DNA of 64,000 bases from Calcarisporiella thermophila CBS 279.70 (taxonomy: Eukaryota > Fungi > Calcarisporiellomycota). Numbering within the stretch: the stretch's first letter is position 1; every line of letters begins with the position of its first letter. Under the pieces are notes generated by a model. It saw nothing but the letters and a program-made list of their open reading frames with translations, made no database searches and was not told the DNA's origin. The stretch lies in the NCBI RefSeq assembly GCF_041956535.1, contig NW_027192201.1, positions 486,206 through 550,205 on the forward strand. The letters run 5' to 3'. Below are positions 29,225 through 41,661 of this stretch, one piece after another. Position numbers and translations under genes: made by a program.

Positions 29225-29682
29225 ATATAGACTATAGATGAAGCAGGGTCCTAGGGTCCCTGTTTCTTGAGGGCAAAAAATAAAGGCACCTCGGCCCCCT
29301 TGGGGGAGTTAATTTTGGAGCATTCTGGTTGTTGGATTTAGCGAGATGAAAGACGTGAGACCTGCTTTGCCCAGCGATTTGTTTATATGGCTGGTTTTGG
29401 CAGCTTCTCCTTTAGCACAAATCCCCCAGACGGGCGCAGTCCAATGGGGACCGGCCAACTTTCTCCTCGGTTTGATAGGTTTCAATGCTGATAAAAGAAT
29501 ATGCACGGAACCTTATCGGGGAAGGGTCAGGGCAGGAGGACAAGTTATCTAAGATATGGGGCCTCCTTGTCCTTTGCCCTCGCTTCCCTATCCTACCCCT
29601 TTGCCTTTTCTCCCCACGCTTTCGCCTCTCTTCCCCGGCTCTCCCACGCCCTCTTCATCCCCCTCATTCTCCCCTTTCCGCA

Positions 29683-30811
29683 ATGACCTTCACAATGAAC
29701 AAGGAATTCTGGTCCAACGCATTAGGATACTTGAGCATTTTCTGTTGGATCGTGGTGCTCACTCCGTAAGCGACCATGCCACAGCGGTCATGTCCCCAAC
29801 CCGTGCTAACCTGTGTTTTGCTATTCCTCTATAAAGGCAGCTGCTTCAGAACTATAAGCGAAAGTCCGGAAATGGGCTCTCATGGAACTTCCTAATCATC
29901 TGGCTCCTAGGCGACATCTTTAATTTGCTTGGTGCCGGGATGCAGGGCTTGATGTTTACTATGGTGAGTGTATAGGGCTGCTCTTCGGCTCCTAAAGGTC
30001 AGCAGATTAACATGGGTTGGCTGTAGTTACTCCTGGCAGGGTGGTTTATTGTGTCGGACGTGCTGCTTATTCTTCAGGTCTTTTATTACCGAAAGCAACC
30101 TCGCTGCTCAAGTAGCGTCGGGAAGCCGTGCGAAACTTCCCTGCTCCTTCCCTCAGCAGTCCATCCGAGCTTCGAGGAGGAGAAGCACACGTCGTCCAAC
30201 CCACCGTCATTTGTGCTTCTTACGCTCTTCTCCTTAGGCGCGCTCGCCCTGCTCTTCTTCTTCACCTACGCTGTCTGGGGCCATCGCAGCGAATCCAGTT
30301 TAGGCGCCACCATCTTCGCGTTTCAAGGGGGCGGGCTAAACCACACGGACACGCATCTCTTTGTGATAGCGCAGATACTGGGGTGGGTTTCGACCGTGCT
30401 TTACATAGCTTCGCGAATCCCTCAAATCCTGAAGAACGCTCGTGAGAGATCGTGCGAGGGCCTGTCCGCCCTGATGTTCTTATTTATGGTGCTAGGGGAC
30501 CTCACGTATTGTTTGGTAAGTCTCTCATGTTCGGCCTCTTGCTCTGAATGGAGTAAGATTCAGAGCTTATTTCTTGCATTAAACTTCCTGTTTATTAATC
30601 TTTTATTTCGTTTTTGACGCTTGTTTTTTTTTTCTCAACCCCCTAGTCGATTTTGCTTTTCTCAACCGAGGCCCGCTACCTTGCCTTGAATCTGCCGTGG
30701 ATAGCCGGTAGCCTAGGTACGCTGGTGTTCGACTTTGTCATTCTCGCCCAATTATATCACTTCAGACACCCGATCTCCCATACTCGCCTTGATCCTAAGT
30801 CTCTTTGCTAA
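29683..30811 (+). CDS. PQ-loop vacuolar cationic amino-acid transporter (Ypq/PQLC2-like), 4 exons
   Basis: WIVVLTP|QLLQNYKRKSGNGLSWNFLIIWLLGD, second repeat SRIPQILKN..ERSCEGLS, NLPWIAGSLGTLVFD. Confidence 0.9.
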
Positions 30812-31220
30812 TTTATTTTGTAACAGCTTGTTGTATCGCATCCTGTACATATTAATGACATATATATACATATACATATTCATATTATACATAGATAAAT
30901 ATATATATATATATATCGGAGATGTTTTTTTTCGAGATGGTGCACACCCATTTAATTTAATAGCTACCAATACAATCGTGGCGCTGCATGACTAATCCTT
31001 GTCTGATATTAAAGTTAGCAGCAGCTAGATTAAAATAATAGTAGACAGCAATAACAAAAAAAAAAGAAAACATTAATTCTGTGAAAAGATTGATAAAATT
31101 GAGAAATGGATAGGATAGAAAGGAGAGCAAGCTTAATCTAAGACCTATATTAAAGTTAATTAAATAAAAAAAAGAATAGTGTTAGCCGCGAGAAGGAAGA
31201 GGGCCTTCTGTGTGGCTATT

Positions 31221-31769
31221 TTATACGGCTTCTTCCTTATTGCTTCCGGGTGCATTGATCGTATCCAGCTGGGTTGGCTGCGGCTGCGGTTGGGATTGCC
31301 GAGGTGCCAGGCCCTCCCGCCTGAAGATGATAAACTCCTTAGCGGCAATGGCGGTGGCGGCTGCCCAGCACAGGAAGGAGAACCAGGAGAAGACCGCGGT
31401 TGCAATGACTGCAGGGCACCCATAGAACCCCGAAAAGGAGCAGCGTAGGAGACTGGGGACGGTGGAGGAGGCGACGGCAGCACAAAACCAGAAGAGCAAA
31501 AAGAAGACGTTAATGCCCAGTAGAACGCGAGGATCTCGGCGCTTTTCGTCAAGCGAGGTGAGTAGAGAAGTATGAGCCGCAATGACGCATGGGATCGTGT
31601 AGATCAGGGTGAAGAGGGCGACCACGAGGGCAAAGTTGATGCTTGAAGAAAATCCAAACAAAACATCCACGCTCCGTCCGGCCGTGATCAGCACAATGAA
31701 GGCCAGCGCGAGAGCGGCGTAGATAAGGAACAGCGAGCTCCTGTCCAAGAAACTAGAGGAGAGGGGCAT
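31221..31769 (-). CDS. MARVEL-like 4-TM membrane protein (~182 aa)
   Basis: Four hydrophobic helices, LFWFCAAVA and C...A..VFSWFSFLCW patterns typical of fungal MARVEL domains. Likely start MPLSSSF. Confidence 0.65.
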   Translation of the reverse strand: MPLSSSFLDRSSLFLIYAALALAFIVLITAGRSVDVLFGFSSSINFALVVALFTLIYTIPCVIAAHTSLLTSLDEKRRDPRVLLGINVFFLLFWFCAAVASSTVPSLLRCSFSGFYGCPAVIATAVFSWFSFLCWAAATAIAAKEFIIFRREGLAPRQSQPQPQPTQLDTINAPGSNKEEAV

Positions 31770-32999
31770 TTTAAAGGGCTGGTAGATTGATTGAGCGATG
31801 AATCGATCTTGATCAAGAGTAGGAACGTCGGAGAAGAGAGGAGGAAGAGGAAGATAGCAGTGTTGGGAGGTGGTGAAAGGTATGACAACTTCTACCACCA
31901 GAGACCGCCACATTTTTGATTGAGGCGTGGAAACGGGGTTTCGCAAACCTTTTTTCCCTCCATTGGATGGAGCAATCACCGGCCCAAGCTTGGAACAAAG
32001 CTCAATTTCGAAACCCGAATGTTTTCCTCGATAGTTGGCTAGCAAGCGATGCCAATTTATTTAGCTCGATGAATGCCGCCCTCCCGCTATTCCATGGAGG
32101 ATGGGGAGGGGGGGGGGTGACGTCGCCACTCTTACGGGTGCTTCTTTTCTCCGCGAATCCATCGCGTGCAGATGCATCCCATTCATCACAGACTTGTTTG
32201 ACATATTGGGCTGTGCCCTTTTAACACGCCAATGGAGGGCGGCGGCTCGCTTGCCATCCCTACCGGGGTTCCCCGTAAGAGGGAGGACTGCTATTCTTTT
32301 TTCCCTCCTTTTGGTCTCCTCTTCGCAGGCTTAGAGGCCAGAGGAGCCCTCTCGTTCCCTTGTCCAACCAGCCTCGGCTACAAACTTCTCCATGACCTTG
32401 CGTGCATCGAGGCAGAGAATTTCTCGAGGGAAAAAGCGGGCCCGCGAATGAAAACAAGGGCGGCCAGCGAGATTTGGGGAATGGGTGGAACGGGTGACCT
32501 CTCGCCTCGGCCGCCATTGCCTAATTCAAGTGCAGCCAAGCTGCAATTCTAAAGAAGCATGACTGTGAAATTGAAAACACTTACCAGACTGCTGGTTCTC
32601 GATTGCATCACACTCCGCACACGCCCAAGTATTCGGGTTTTTTTTATATTCTCTCTCTCACCTCTGCAACGGTTCGCGAATAAGGTTGCTGCCCCATCTT
32701 TCGATAGTGTGACATATCCTCGTTTTGATGCCGTATTAACATCTATTTTTTTTTTCTGTGCGTTCCCGTTCTCCGCTTTCTTTCTTGTTCCCGCCCTCTG
32801 TTTTCCCCCCTAGGACAGGTTCTTCCCCTCCCCCCTCTCCCATTCCCCCTTTGAAGAGTTGAGCTGCTACTTTCCATTGCCCATTCTCCTTTTCTTTCTG
32901 CCATTGCAAGCTCGCCAATCCCCTCATCCAAGCGAACCCCTTCTCCTCTGAATTGTCCCTCTTCCCGCTCATCCTCATTAACCCTGCAAACCAGAAAAA

Positions 33000-34970
33000 A
33001 TGATACCAGAAAACGCGCATCACTATACCCTTCCAAGCCCTGGAAAGCACTTATTCCCTCCCCCCAATCTCTCCCCATTCTCATCCGGCCCCCCGACCCC
33101 CGACTCCGAAATCGAAAGCCGCATCCGCCGTCCATTTGAGCGGCTTCCCAGCGTAAGACTCGCGTTCTTCATGGTGCCATCGCCCGCTGCATAACCATTG
33201 TTGTTCTTTTGGATTCGTAGAGCCCGACGCAATCAAGCTTTGAAAACGACTCGGATTTACTCCCTCCCCTCCACCGCTTAGACCGCCTCTCCCTATCAAG
33301 CCCCACGACTAGCCACGTTTTCATGGGAAGAGGCTATGCAAGCGAAAGGAGCATGTTTGAGTGGCGCCAGCTGGTTCCTCCGCCTTTCTGGCCCTTGTCC
33401 TGGTGCGAGGAGACCTCGTCCATAGCCTCGGCCGCTGTGACGATGCCGGCCAGGCGAAAGAGATCCGAAGATGGTAAGCGGGCGAAATAAACTCTGTTCC
33501 ACCTTGGGCTCTCCGAGCAATGGCTTTGCTGACTCCCTTTTGCCAACTCCTTCAGCCTCGCGTTTTGCGGATGCCCAGCTCGAGGACTTTGTCGGCGAGA
33601 TCTACCCCCTCTGCAAGGACCAACAGGGCTGCCGGTTTCTGCAGCGCAAGCTCGAGGAGAAGAGCAGGCGCGCCTGTGAGCTCGTGTTTAATGAGGTGGT
33701 GGACCATTTCTCGGAGCTCATGACGGGTGAGTCTCAGTTGTGTCCTTACTTTCCCTTCCCTCTCTTTTCTCCCCTTCCCTCCCTCTGCCCCCTCTTCGAA
33801 TTCGAGTTCTAATTATGAAGATTTTGGGGGAGTTTAGATCCATTTGGGAACTATCTGTGCCAAAAGCTTCTCGAACATTGCACAGACGAACAGCGCACCG
33901 TGCTGGTGGATCGGGTGGCGCCAGACCTTGTCGCCATCTCCATGAACCTGCACGGGACTCGGGCGGTACAACGGATGGTCGAGTGTCTGTCGAACCCTAG
34001 GCAGGTGCACTCTGTCATCGTCGCGCTGGAGAGGAACGTCGTTACACTGATTAAGGTTAGGATTTAACCTTCGGATCGATTCAACCTATTTGCTCATCTT
34101 TTCCCTCCCCTCTCTTCCTCTCTCGCTACACCCTCCTCCCCTCCCAAATTTCTCGTTCGATGCTTAGAACCTCAATGGCAATCACGTCATCCAGAAATGC
34201 CTGAAGAAGATGAGTCTGACCGAGTCTGCGTTCATTTATGACACGGTGGCGCGGCATTGTGTCGAGGTCGCCACCCACCGCCACGGCTGCTGCGTCTTTC
34301 AACGCTGCGTCGACCACGCCTCCGAGATTCAGCGCGCGCAGCTCTCCCACCAGGTGATCGCCAACGCCCTGGCCCTTGTGATGGACCCCTATGGCAACTA
34401 TGTCGTGCAGTACATCATCGACCTGGATTGCGACGAGGCCGGCGCCGGGTGGGTGACGGAGATGATGGTGCGGCAGTTCCTGGGCAACATGTACCGCCTC
34501 TCCCTGCAAAAGTTCAGCTCCAACGTCATCGAGAAATGCCTGCGCGTTTCCGGGCCATCCCTGCGCAGAAAGATGATCGAGGAGCTATTGCCCTACGTGG
34601 GTGCGCTGCTTGCGGATTCCTATGGGAACTATGTGGTGCAGACGGCCCTGGATCATGCGGACAAAGAGCAGCGGGCCAAGGTAAATGACCCTGGCCTAGA
34701 GGGTGACCCCCCCCCCTCCCCTCTCTCCTAGTTTCTGTGTTGTCTTTAGCTGACCCCTTCCTCTTTGTTATTTAGCTGGTGGAAATGATCCGACCCCGCC
34801 TCGCAGCTATTCGAAACACCCCGCATGGCAAGCGAATCCAAACCAAGCTGCAACGGCATGCCATTGAGGATTGGCAGCTCAGCTATGATGCGTCGTTTCT
34901 CAAGAGCGATACCAGTGCGGTGACGGTACAGGAGCTGGCCAGGCCGTTGGGCTATTACCGCTATCTTTGA
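33000..34970 (+). CDS. Pumilio/PUF RNA-binding protein (Puf4/Mpt5-like), multi-exon
   Basis: LCKDQQGCRFLQRKLEE, DPFGNYLCQKL, NLHGTRAVQ, NGNHVIQKCL, HRHGCCVFQRC, DPYGNYVVQY, QKFSSNVIEKCL, DSYGNYVVQ, RNTPHGKRIQ. Confidence 0.92.
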
Positions 34971-36073
34971 GAGCGTTTCTGGTTGTCAAATAGCAACGCG
35001 AAATGAAAAAATGTGGACAGTAATTTTTTTTGTTTTCTTCTCTCTCCCTCTCTTTTCTCCCCCCACCCCCTGTTATGTTATGTGTACTGTGTTCTAGCGT
35101 GTGTTTACTAGCTGTTACTTGCTCATCTTTCTATCTAAATGAGAACTTTTGGATACGGACTCACTATTCATTCTATATACCATATTCACTATACGCATTT
35201 AATATCGCACTGTTTAGCCCATACTCTATATCCATAGGACATTCAATTTTTATTTTTTTTTATTTCCATTATTTTACCTATTTCTTTATTTTTTTTATCT
35301 TGTCGACCAGACGGTTTATTTTTTTTTTGTCACTCCTAATTGTATGTATATTTCTATTTTGGCCAATATTGCTTGGGGACTCTCCATATAAGGTGGCTGG
35401 TCCAAGAGTAAGAAAGAGTGCTGGGACAATCTCACCGGGCATTTCAGCCCAAGATTGAATGTCAGATTTCTGAGTGTTCCAGCAAGAGGACATAGGGTTT
35501 AGAGGGGAACGAACAAGACAGAGAGTTTGGGGGAAGAGGCATTGAGCGTTTAGAGTTGCCCCTCACCATTGATTTATGCGGTGCATTCTTTTTTTGTGCT
35601 CCTCAGTTCCCAGTTAACTCTCTTTCTCTTTTCCCCTCCTCCCCGCTAGCACCGTTTGCGGTAGAGTTTGCGAAGATTTGTGCGACTTTTCTTCCCAGTC
35701 TCTAGTAGTGGTTCTAGCTTTCCCTTCTAATTCTGTTCTCATCCTTGATTCCTTGCCCCTCTATTTCCAACCCAACACGGCCGCCTCCCCCCCTCTCCGC
35801 CTCCCTCTCCCCCCTGCCAATAGGTCTTCTTTGTCGGGTGTGAATACTGTTTTTGGGCCGGCCAGCTAATATTCTAAGACAGAAGAGAAACATTTTCTAG
35901 TTGGTTTTGGTATATCACGCTAGGGCTTGAAACCAAACGCGAACTCTTCATTCTTATTAAACGGGAAAAGCTTCGCTCTCTCTCCCCTCTTGTCCCCCTC
36001 ATTCCCTGTGTCATCCCCCATTTCGCGTGTATTTGCTTGGTATCTATTGTCATTGGGTGCACATTAAGAAGCC

Positions 36074-36550
36074 ATGGATCTCGATTTCTGCCTGTTCTGT
36101 ATGAATCGCACCCAGGTAAGAGACTTCCTTCATCTCCTGACCATTCCAGTTCGCGTATCTCACCTCTCCACGGCAAAGGCGGGTGACGCCTACTGCAGCG
36201 ATGCCTGCCGCTACCGCGACTCCCTCCGCCCCTCCTCCACCGACATGCCCCCAACCCCTAAAACGCTTGGGCCCACGACCCATCCTCCAGAGGCGACCTT
36301 TCACGGTATCCATCCTCTCTCACCCACCGCGCCTACGCATCCCGTGCCAAAATACTCCTCTACGCTTCCGGTTTCGCTGCAGCACTACGGGTTTCCCGTC
36401 AAGTACGCGCGGAGAACCTCCTACTCGCACGCGAGCCTCGTTCTACCTGCATCCGGTGGCGCCTCGCTTGAGCTGGAAGAGGGCGAGAAGGAGGATGCGG
36501 GAGATATGAAGACACCAAAGAACTTTTTAAAGTGCGTTGGCTCCATTTGA
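36074..36550 (+). CDS. Ecl1-like small Cys4 zinc-binding protein (intron 36116-36178)
   Basis: Spliced N-terminus MDLDFCLFCMNRTQ|AGDAYCSDACRYRD fits the Ecl1 family C-x2-C...YCS-x2-CR-x2-D motif, followed by a P/S-rich tail. Confidence 0.7.
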   Translation: MDLDFCLFCMNRTQVRDFLHLLTIPVRVSHLSTAKAGDAYCSDACRYRDSLRPSSTDMPPTPKTLGPTTHPPEATFHGIHPLSPTAPTHPVPKYSSTLPVSLQHYGFPVKYARRTSYSHASLVLPASGGASLELEEGEKEDAGDMKTPKNFLKCVGSI

Positions 36551-37504
36551 GTGGCGTGACGTCGACGCCGACGACCATGTTGGGCGGCTCCCTTTTTCCG
36601 CCTAAAACCTATCTATTTCAATATATATATATACGTCTGTGATGTTTCCAATACTCTCCCGTGTTATCCTCTTTTTATAATTTGTGCTTAGACTATATTC
36701 AATGTTTCTAATGAATGTATTTCAATGGTTTTTTTGATTTGAAAACTTTCTCTGTGTATTTCTTTTTTTTTTCTTTTTCCTCGCCTTGCTACTTCGTTCC
36801 CTCTTGAGCCCCGCGTATCTTTATTTGTAATTTTTTTTTTCCCTCTCCTTTTTTTACCCTCTCTCCTTTTGCCCTAATGCCTCTTCGGTTGGTTGCACCG
36901 TTTTATTCTCTTTTCTCGCAGGACCGTGCTCCCGTCCTGTTTTCACCTAGACTGGAGGGTCAAACTTGTATTTTCCCTTTGGGTTGCCCCACCCATGGTA
37001 ACAATAAAGTGTATTATGGGTTTTCTCGTGAATACATGTTGACGGAGTTCCATTCTTGTTCGCAAGCCACTCCCCTCCTCCGCGGCTCCACCAGCTCAGC
37101 AGGAGCAAAGAAGCTCGCCTGCGGCCTTGGGAGAGAGCAGTAGCAATCCGAGAGTGGGCGGAATAAAAGGAGCCCAAGTGTCAATCAGAAACCCGGAGAG
37201 TCCCAGCGCGTCTTCCCCTTCCCCTTTAGATATTGGACCTATTTCTCTTCCTTGAAATTCGCTGCCCACCCCTCCATCGGGTGGCTTAAAATATCCCCAG
37301 AACTCTCAGAGATTCGCGAAAAAAGTCCAAAGTAGATAAAAAAAGTCGACCCCCTTGTCTAACACCCATCTTTCCCTTCTTGTTCATTTATTTTTTACTT
37401 TTTTTTTTCATTCATAAATCATTGCCTGCTTTTTCATTTTGTCCCATCCCCATCTCGCCTCCCCAAAATCAATTCACACCCCAGATTAACAATTTCTCAC
37501 TACC

Positions 37505-38466
37505 ATGGCCGAGCAGCAAGATGACCTTGTCCCAACCATGACCGAGGGCTATCGTGTGGGGGAGAAGAAGACCCTCGAGGAGTACCACAACCTCGATGCC
37601 GGGGATGAATCGCTTCGGAAGTGGAAAGAAAGTCTCGGCCTGAAGGCCGGCGCGGGTAATGCCGGTAAGTTGCTGTTATTTGTTTTTTTGAGAGACGGCA
37701 ACGCGTTCGCTCCCCAATCAACGTCCACGTTGGGCTGACCCATCTCGATTCTTCTTTTTTCCCCCTTTTCAAAATTGTAGCTCCTCCTGATGATCCACGC
37801 AAGGTAAATACCCATCCACTACCCTTTCCCCCTTCTCACTCCTTCCCTATTGCATTCATTTTTGATGCTCTCCATCCACCATGGCCTCCCCTCCTAACTC
37901 TAATACTTGGGTGATTAGGTCGTGGTGCTCCAGCTGGCAATGGAGGTAGACGGACGCGATGACGTTGTTCTAGATCTCTCCTCAAAAGGTAAATACCATC
38001 CGTTCGTGGGAACTTCATCCCCGTTCCGCTCACACCCCATATTTTCCTCTAGATGCACTTGAGAAGACAAAGACCACCGTGATCACCATCAAGGAGGGTA
38101 TCCACTATCGGTTCAAGATCAAATTCAAGATCCAGCACGACGTCGTGTCGGGTCTCAAGTATCTGCAGGTCGTAAAGAAGATGGGCGTCCGTGTGGACAA
38201 GGAGGAGAACATGCTCGGGTCCTATGGCCCGTCGGCAGAGCCCTACGAGAAGAAGTTCCCAGAGGAGGAGGCTCCCTCGGGGATGTTGGCCCGCGGCCGC
38301 TACGAGGTCAAGGTAAGTGGAGACCCTCCCTCTCCCGGTTTGATCCCCCTCTGCCCTGCCGCTCACCCACGGATTTTCGCTTCCTTAGAGCAAATTCGTC
38401 GACGACGACGGCATCGTCCACCTAGAATGGCAATGGGCCTTCAAGATCTCCAAGGATTGGGAATAA
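37505..38466 (+). CDS. RDI1: Rho GDP-dissociation inhibitor, 5 exons including a 23-nt exon (37781-37803)
   Basis: EKKTLEEYHNLDAGDESLRKWKESLG, IKEGIHY, VSGLKY, MLGSYGP, EEAPSGMLARG, WAFKISKDWE*. Confidence 0.95.
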
Positions 38467-38832
38467 AACATCTCGGTTTCTTTTTATTCTAATTTTTCTA
38501 CTTCCCTTATTATTTCCTCTGTTCATTGTGGTTTGAATTCTGAATCACAATGAACTCCTTCTATGTTGTTTTTCTTTTTTGGTCTTCCACAATTCCTTAT
38601 TTCTTAACATTGATTTCTCACTCCTATCGATTATTGAAAAGCCAAATAAAAACAAGAGTAAAATAACTTGGGCGTTTTTCCCGTTAAATTTTTGATCGCT
38701 ACAGATTTAAAAAAGCATGTAGATATGTACCAGATAAAAGTATCGAAGTGAAATGAGAAAGTTAAAAAAAAATATAAAGCACAGCGGATCTTCACTGCGA
38801 ACAAAGAGAAGTCCGAGTAATGTCACAAATGT

Positions 38833-39411
38833 TCAAGCGTTTTTGCCAGCTCTTTCCATCACCAGTACCTCCAGCGCGCGCTGCGCAAGTGTGAGCTGTT
38901 CCTCCAGTTTCTGAACTCGGGCCGCATGCTCTCGCTCCCGGGTTTCCAGTCCCGCCTTTTCGGTTGTAAGCAAAGCTAATCGCATTTCTAGGCGAGCATT
39001 ATCTGCCTCGAGCTCGGAACACCGTTGCTCGAGAGTGTTCATTTTCAAGGCCTTGCGGAGCCTTGATCGGCGAGCGGCATCCGTGTTGCGCTGCCGTTTT
39101 CGGGCAATCTTTTCTTCAAGTTTCTTTTGGGCCTCCATGGTTTGGCGGGATTGAATGGGAGAGGTGGGGGGATCAGGAGCAGAGTAAGTTGGTGGAGTGG
39201 GGAGTGGGGTTGGGGTGGAGAGGGGAAAACTATGGGCGGACGAGGTAACGGGGGAGGGAAGCTCCTCAAACAAAGCGGAGGGAGGAAGGCTGGCAGGCAA
39301 TTGTTTTTCCTGCTCGGCCTGGTCTTGCTCTTGATCCGGCGAAGGGTAGAGGTAGAAGTCGTTGGAGAGCCAGTCGTCTAGCGCGGCTTGCAATTCAGTA
39401 GCTGGATTCAT
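38833..39411 (-). CDS. Gcn4/CpcA-like bZIP transcription factor
   Basis: Basic region KRQRNTDAARRSRLRK plus leucine zipper, acidic-aromatic N-terminal activation patch (LDDWLSNDFYLY), uORF-bearing leader. Confidence 0.8.
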   Translation of the reverse strand: MNPATELQAALDDWLSNDFYLYPSPDQEQDQAEQEKQLPASLPPSALFEELPSPVTSSAHSFPLSTPTPLPTPPTYSAPDPPTSPIQSRQTMEAQKKLEEKIARKRQRNTDAARRSRLRKALKMNTLEQRCSELEADNARLEMRLALLTTEKAGLETREREHAARVQKLEEQLTLAQRALEVLVMERAGKNA

Positions 39412-39553
39412 GAGGTAATGTTCAGGACTCGGAGGGGAATTAGAAATGTGGAATGCGATAACTTTTGAGAGGTGGAGAAGTGTGTGGGAGTGAGGTTGAC
39501 GAATGGATTCTTTTGATTTTTTTTCGTTTAAATTAGATAAATCCTTTAACCAG

Positions 39554-39654
39554 TTAACTAAGCGAACCCTTTAAGCATAAGGCTCGCAAAGTCGTTTTCG
39601 GTTGAGACAGTTGAGTTCGTGCAAAGTCAACAGAGGTCTTCACCATAATCTCAT
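39554..39654 (-). promoter_or_regulatory. uORF cluster in the bZIP 5' leader: MRLW* (39654-39640), 30-aa uORF (39646-39554), MLKGFA* (39578-39558)
   Basis: These are the only three minus-strand ATGs between the TATA box (~39785-39779) and the main ATG at 39411. Confidence 0.65.
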
Positions 39655-39778
39655 AGGAGACAGCTCAGATATCTTCTCTAACTAACGTTCGTTTATTGAC
39701 ACAGAATTCTTTGGATGCCTCGTTCAAGACTTCAAGCAAGAGGAAAGCCAAGAAAAAATGCGGACGAGGTCGATGCCC

Positions 39779-39904
39779 TTATATAACATAATGGATTAGG
39801 TTCGAAACTTGACAAAACTGGTAATTTCGGGGCTTTTCATGATAAATCCATTCCGTCAACTTCGACGAATTTGACCAACTGCGTTCCTTAGAAAAGTTGA
39901 CTCA
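39779..39904 (-). promoter_or_regulatory. bZIP promoter: TATATAA box and an upstream TGACTCA (Gcn4/AP-1 site, 39898-39904)
   Basis: Motifs read directly from the sequence. Function is inferred. Confidence 0.5.
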
Positions 39905-41661
39905 TGCCAACTCATCATTTGTTGTTAAATGCGGATTTGACGTTTGAAGATCCAATGGAATTGACCCCGCTCACCAAATTTTGCCTTTGATGGCAATTTA
40001 TTCAATTTCATATATGGGAACCACATCTTCATGGGAGCGCGGAGATCTTTGCCAAAAAGCTGCTCTGCCGTGGGACTCTTCATCCAGAAAACAGCCGGAA
40101 TTCTTGGAAAATCACTCGTGTAGCGTTATTAAGAAACTAGTACCCGCCGGAATAGGGCTGCATTCATACCCTGGTGGGTCGTAAGGACCTTCTCTATGCT
40201 CAAACTCTATCTCGGAACCGGGCACGTTGTAAGAGAGAGCATAGCTTCTGCTTCGTCTTCGCTACAGCCTGCTAACAAGTTGATAAGTATATCACACTCG
40301 TACTCCTTGATCAGGTTGCATAGCTGCGTTATGGTAGTTAACGATTCGCTTGGCGGCCAATTCTACCATATTATAGCGATGCTAATTTGAAATGGTAAAA
40401 ACGAATTGCTTAATAGGAGAGGGCCCTTGAAAGACAGGCGAGAAGATCCGCACTGCCACCACCGCAGCCAGACTCATTCAGGGCCAGGCAATTTAAAAAG
40501 GAAGTATAATTATCCTTTGTACCAGCAAATGGGTACATGAATATCGTCTCAAAAAGCCTACCGATTTTCATCATGTGGTAGACGGGGTAGGGCGATCTGG
40601 ATCTTACCGAAGCGGTAAGATTGGTCGGGCAGCACTTGCGTTGATTGGAGTTCCTCTGGAGGATCGGAATGCACTGCTACAGTTAATCCTGGCATTTGCA
40701 TAATGCACGCTCAGTACTTTCTCCGATCAGTCTATAATATGACTATATTTTAGGCTACTGGGTCATATTTCGGAAGCTCTAAGAGCTGACTGCGTATAGG
40801 TGTTCAGGGCAATGCATCGGACTTTGGCGCAAATCAAGGTCCGATTTTGAGGGGAGTGTGTTCCTAGGAGTATACGAAAGAATCCAAGAATCCAAAAGGA
40901 TTAGGTTAAAACTAGGAATATCATTCTGTTCTCTTAGCAGTCTTGAGGGTTCCTCGATAAACATTTCTTTGAAAATTCATGAGTATAGTCTATACACAAG
41001 GATCTGTAAATAAGTGGAAATTCTTGGCATAAGCTTGGAAGCAACAGTAGGTATCCTCAAAGTAACTACGCTAATTGTGCTAGTGAAGGCTGTTTCTTCT
41101 CTGATGATCCTCCTATTTCAAATGCTGTTTTAAACCTCTGTAACCTATTAAAAATGATTTAGGAGATTAGAGAACAGATAAAATAATAAAGCTATGGTGC
41201 AGATTTAGAAGATATAGAAAGTTAGGTATAATATACCTATATTATAGAGGAGGCTAGGTTGATTAATATTGAAAGTATTTAGTTTATTATTGGGTATGTT
41301 AACATGAAAAAAAAATATTAATAGGAGAATGGGTACTTTACGTGTTGTAATTGGAAAATAACTACACGTACCTGTGAATCTATTTCGCTAGGAAAGAAGA
41401 CTCCAGGATTGACCTTGGCAATTTGCCTAGCTCTTAAAGATTAGGTGTAATACTGAAAATTTTGCGTATATATTTTAACCAATTGAATTTAATTATTCTG
41501 GTTTTGTCGAGTCAGTTGGACTCTATAAAATAAGAAAGTCTGAAATTAACTAACGTGGATAAATTATTTCTACACAAGGTTGTTTCCTTTTTTTTATCTT
41601 CACTATCGCTTTATGAGAGAGTGAGTCGTTTCAAGCATTATATCTCCAAAAGGATATCAAA

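Noticed and set aside
30858-30916. (TA)n-rich tract, also (GA)n at ~24028-24046
   Set aside because: Ordinary 3' UTR microsatellite and intronic polypyrimidine tract.
35030-35458. Hydrophobic F/I/L-rich ORFs after the PUF, PKA and KAP123 genes
   Set aside because: Translations of T-rich 3' UTR sequence, not membrane proteins.
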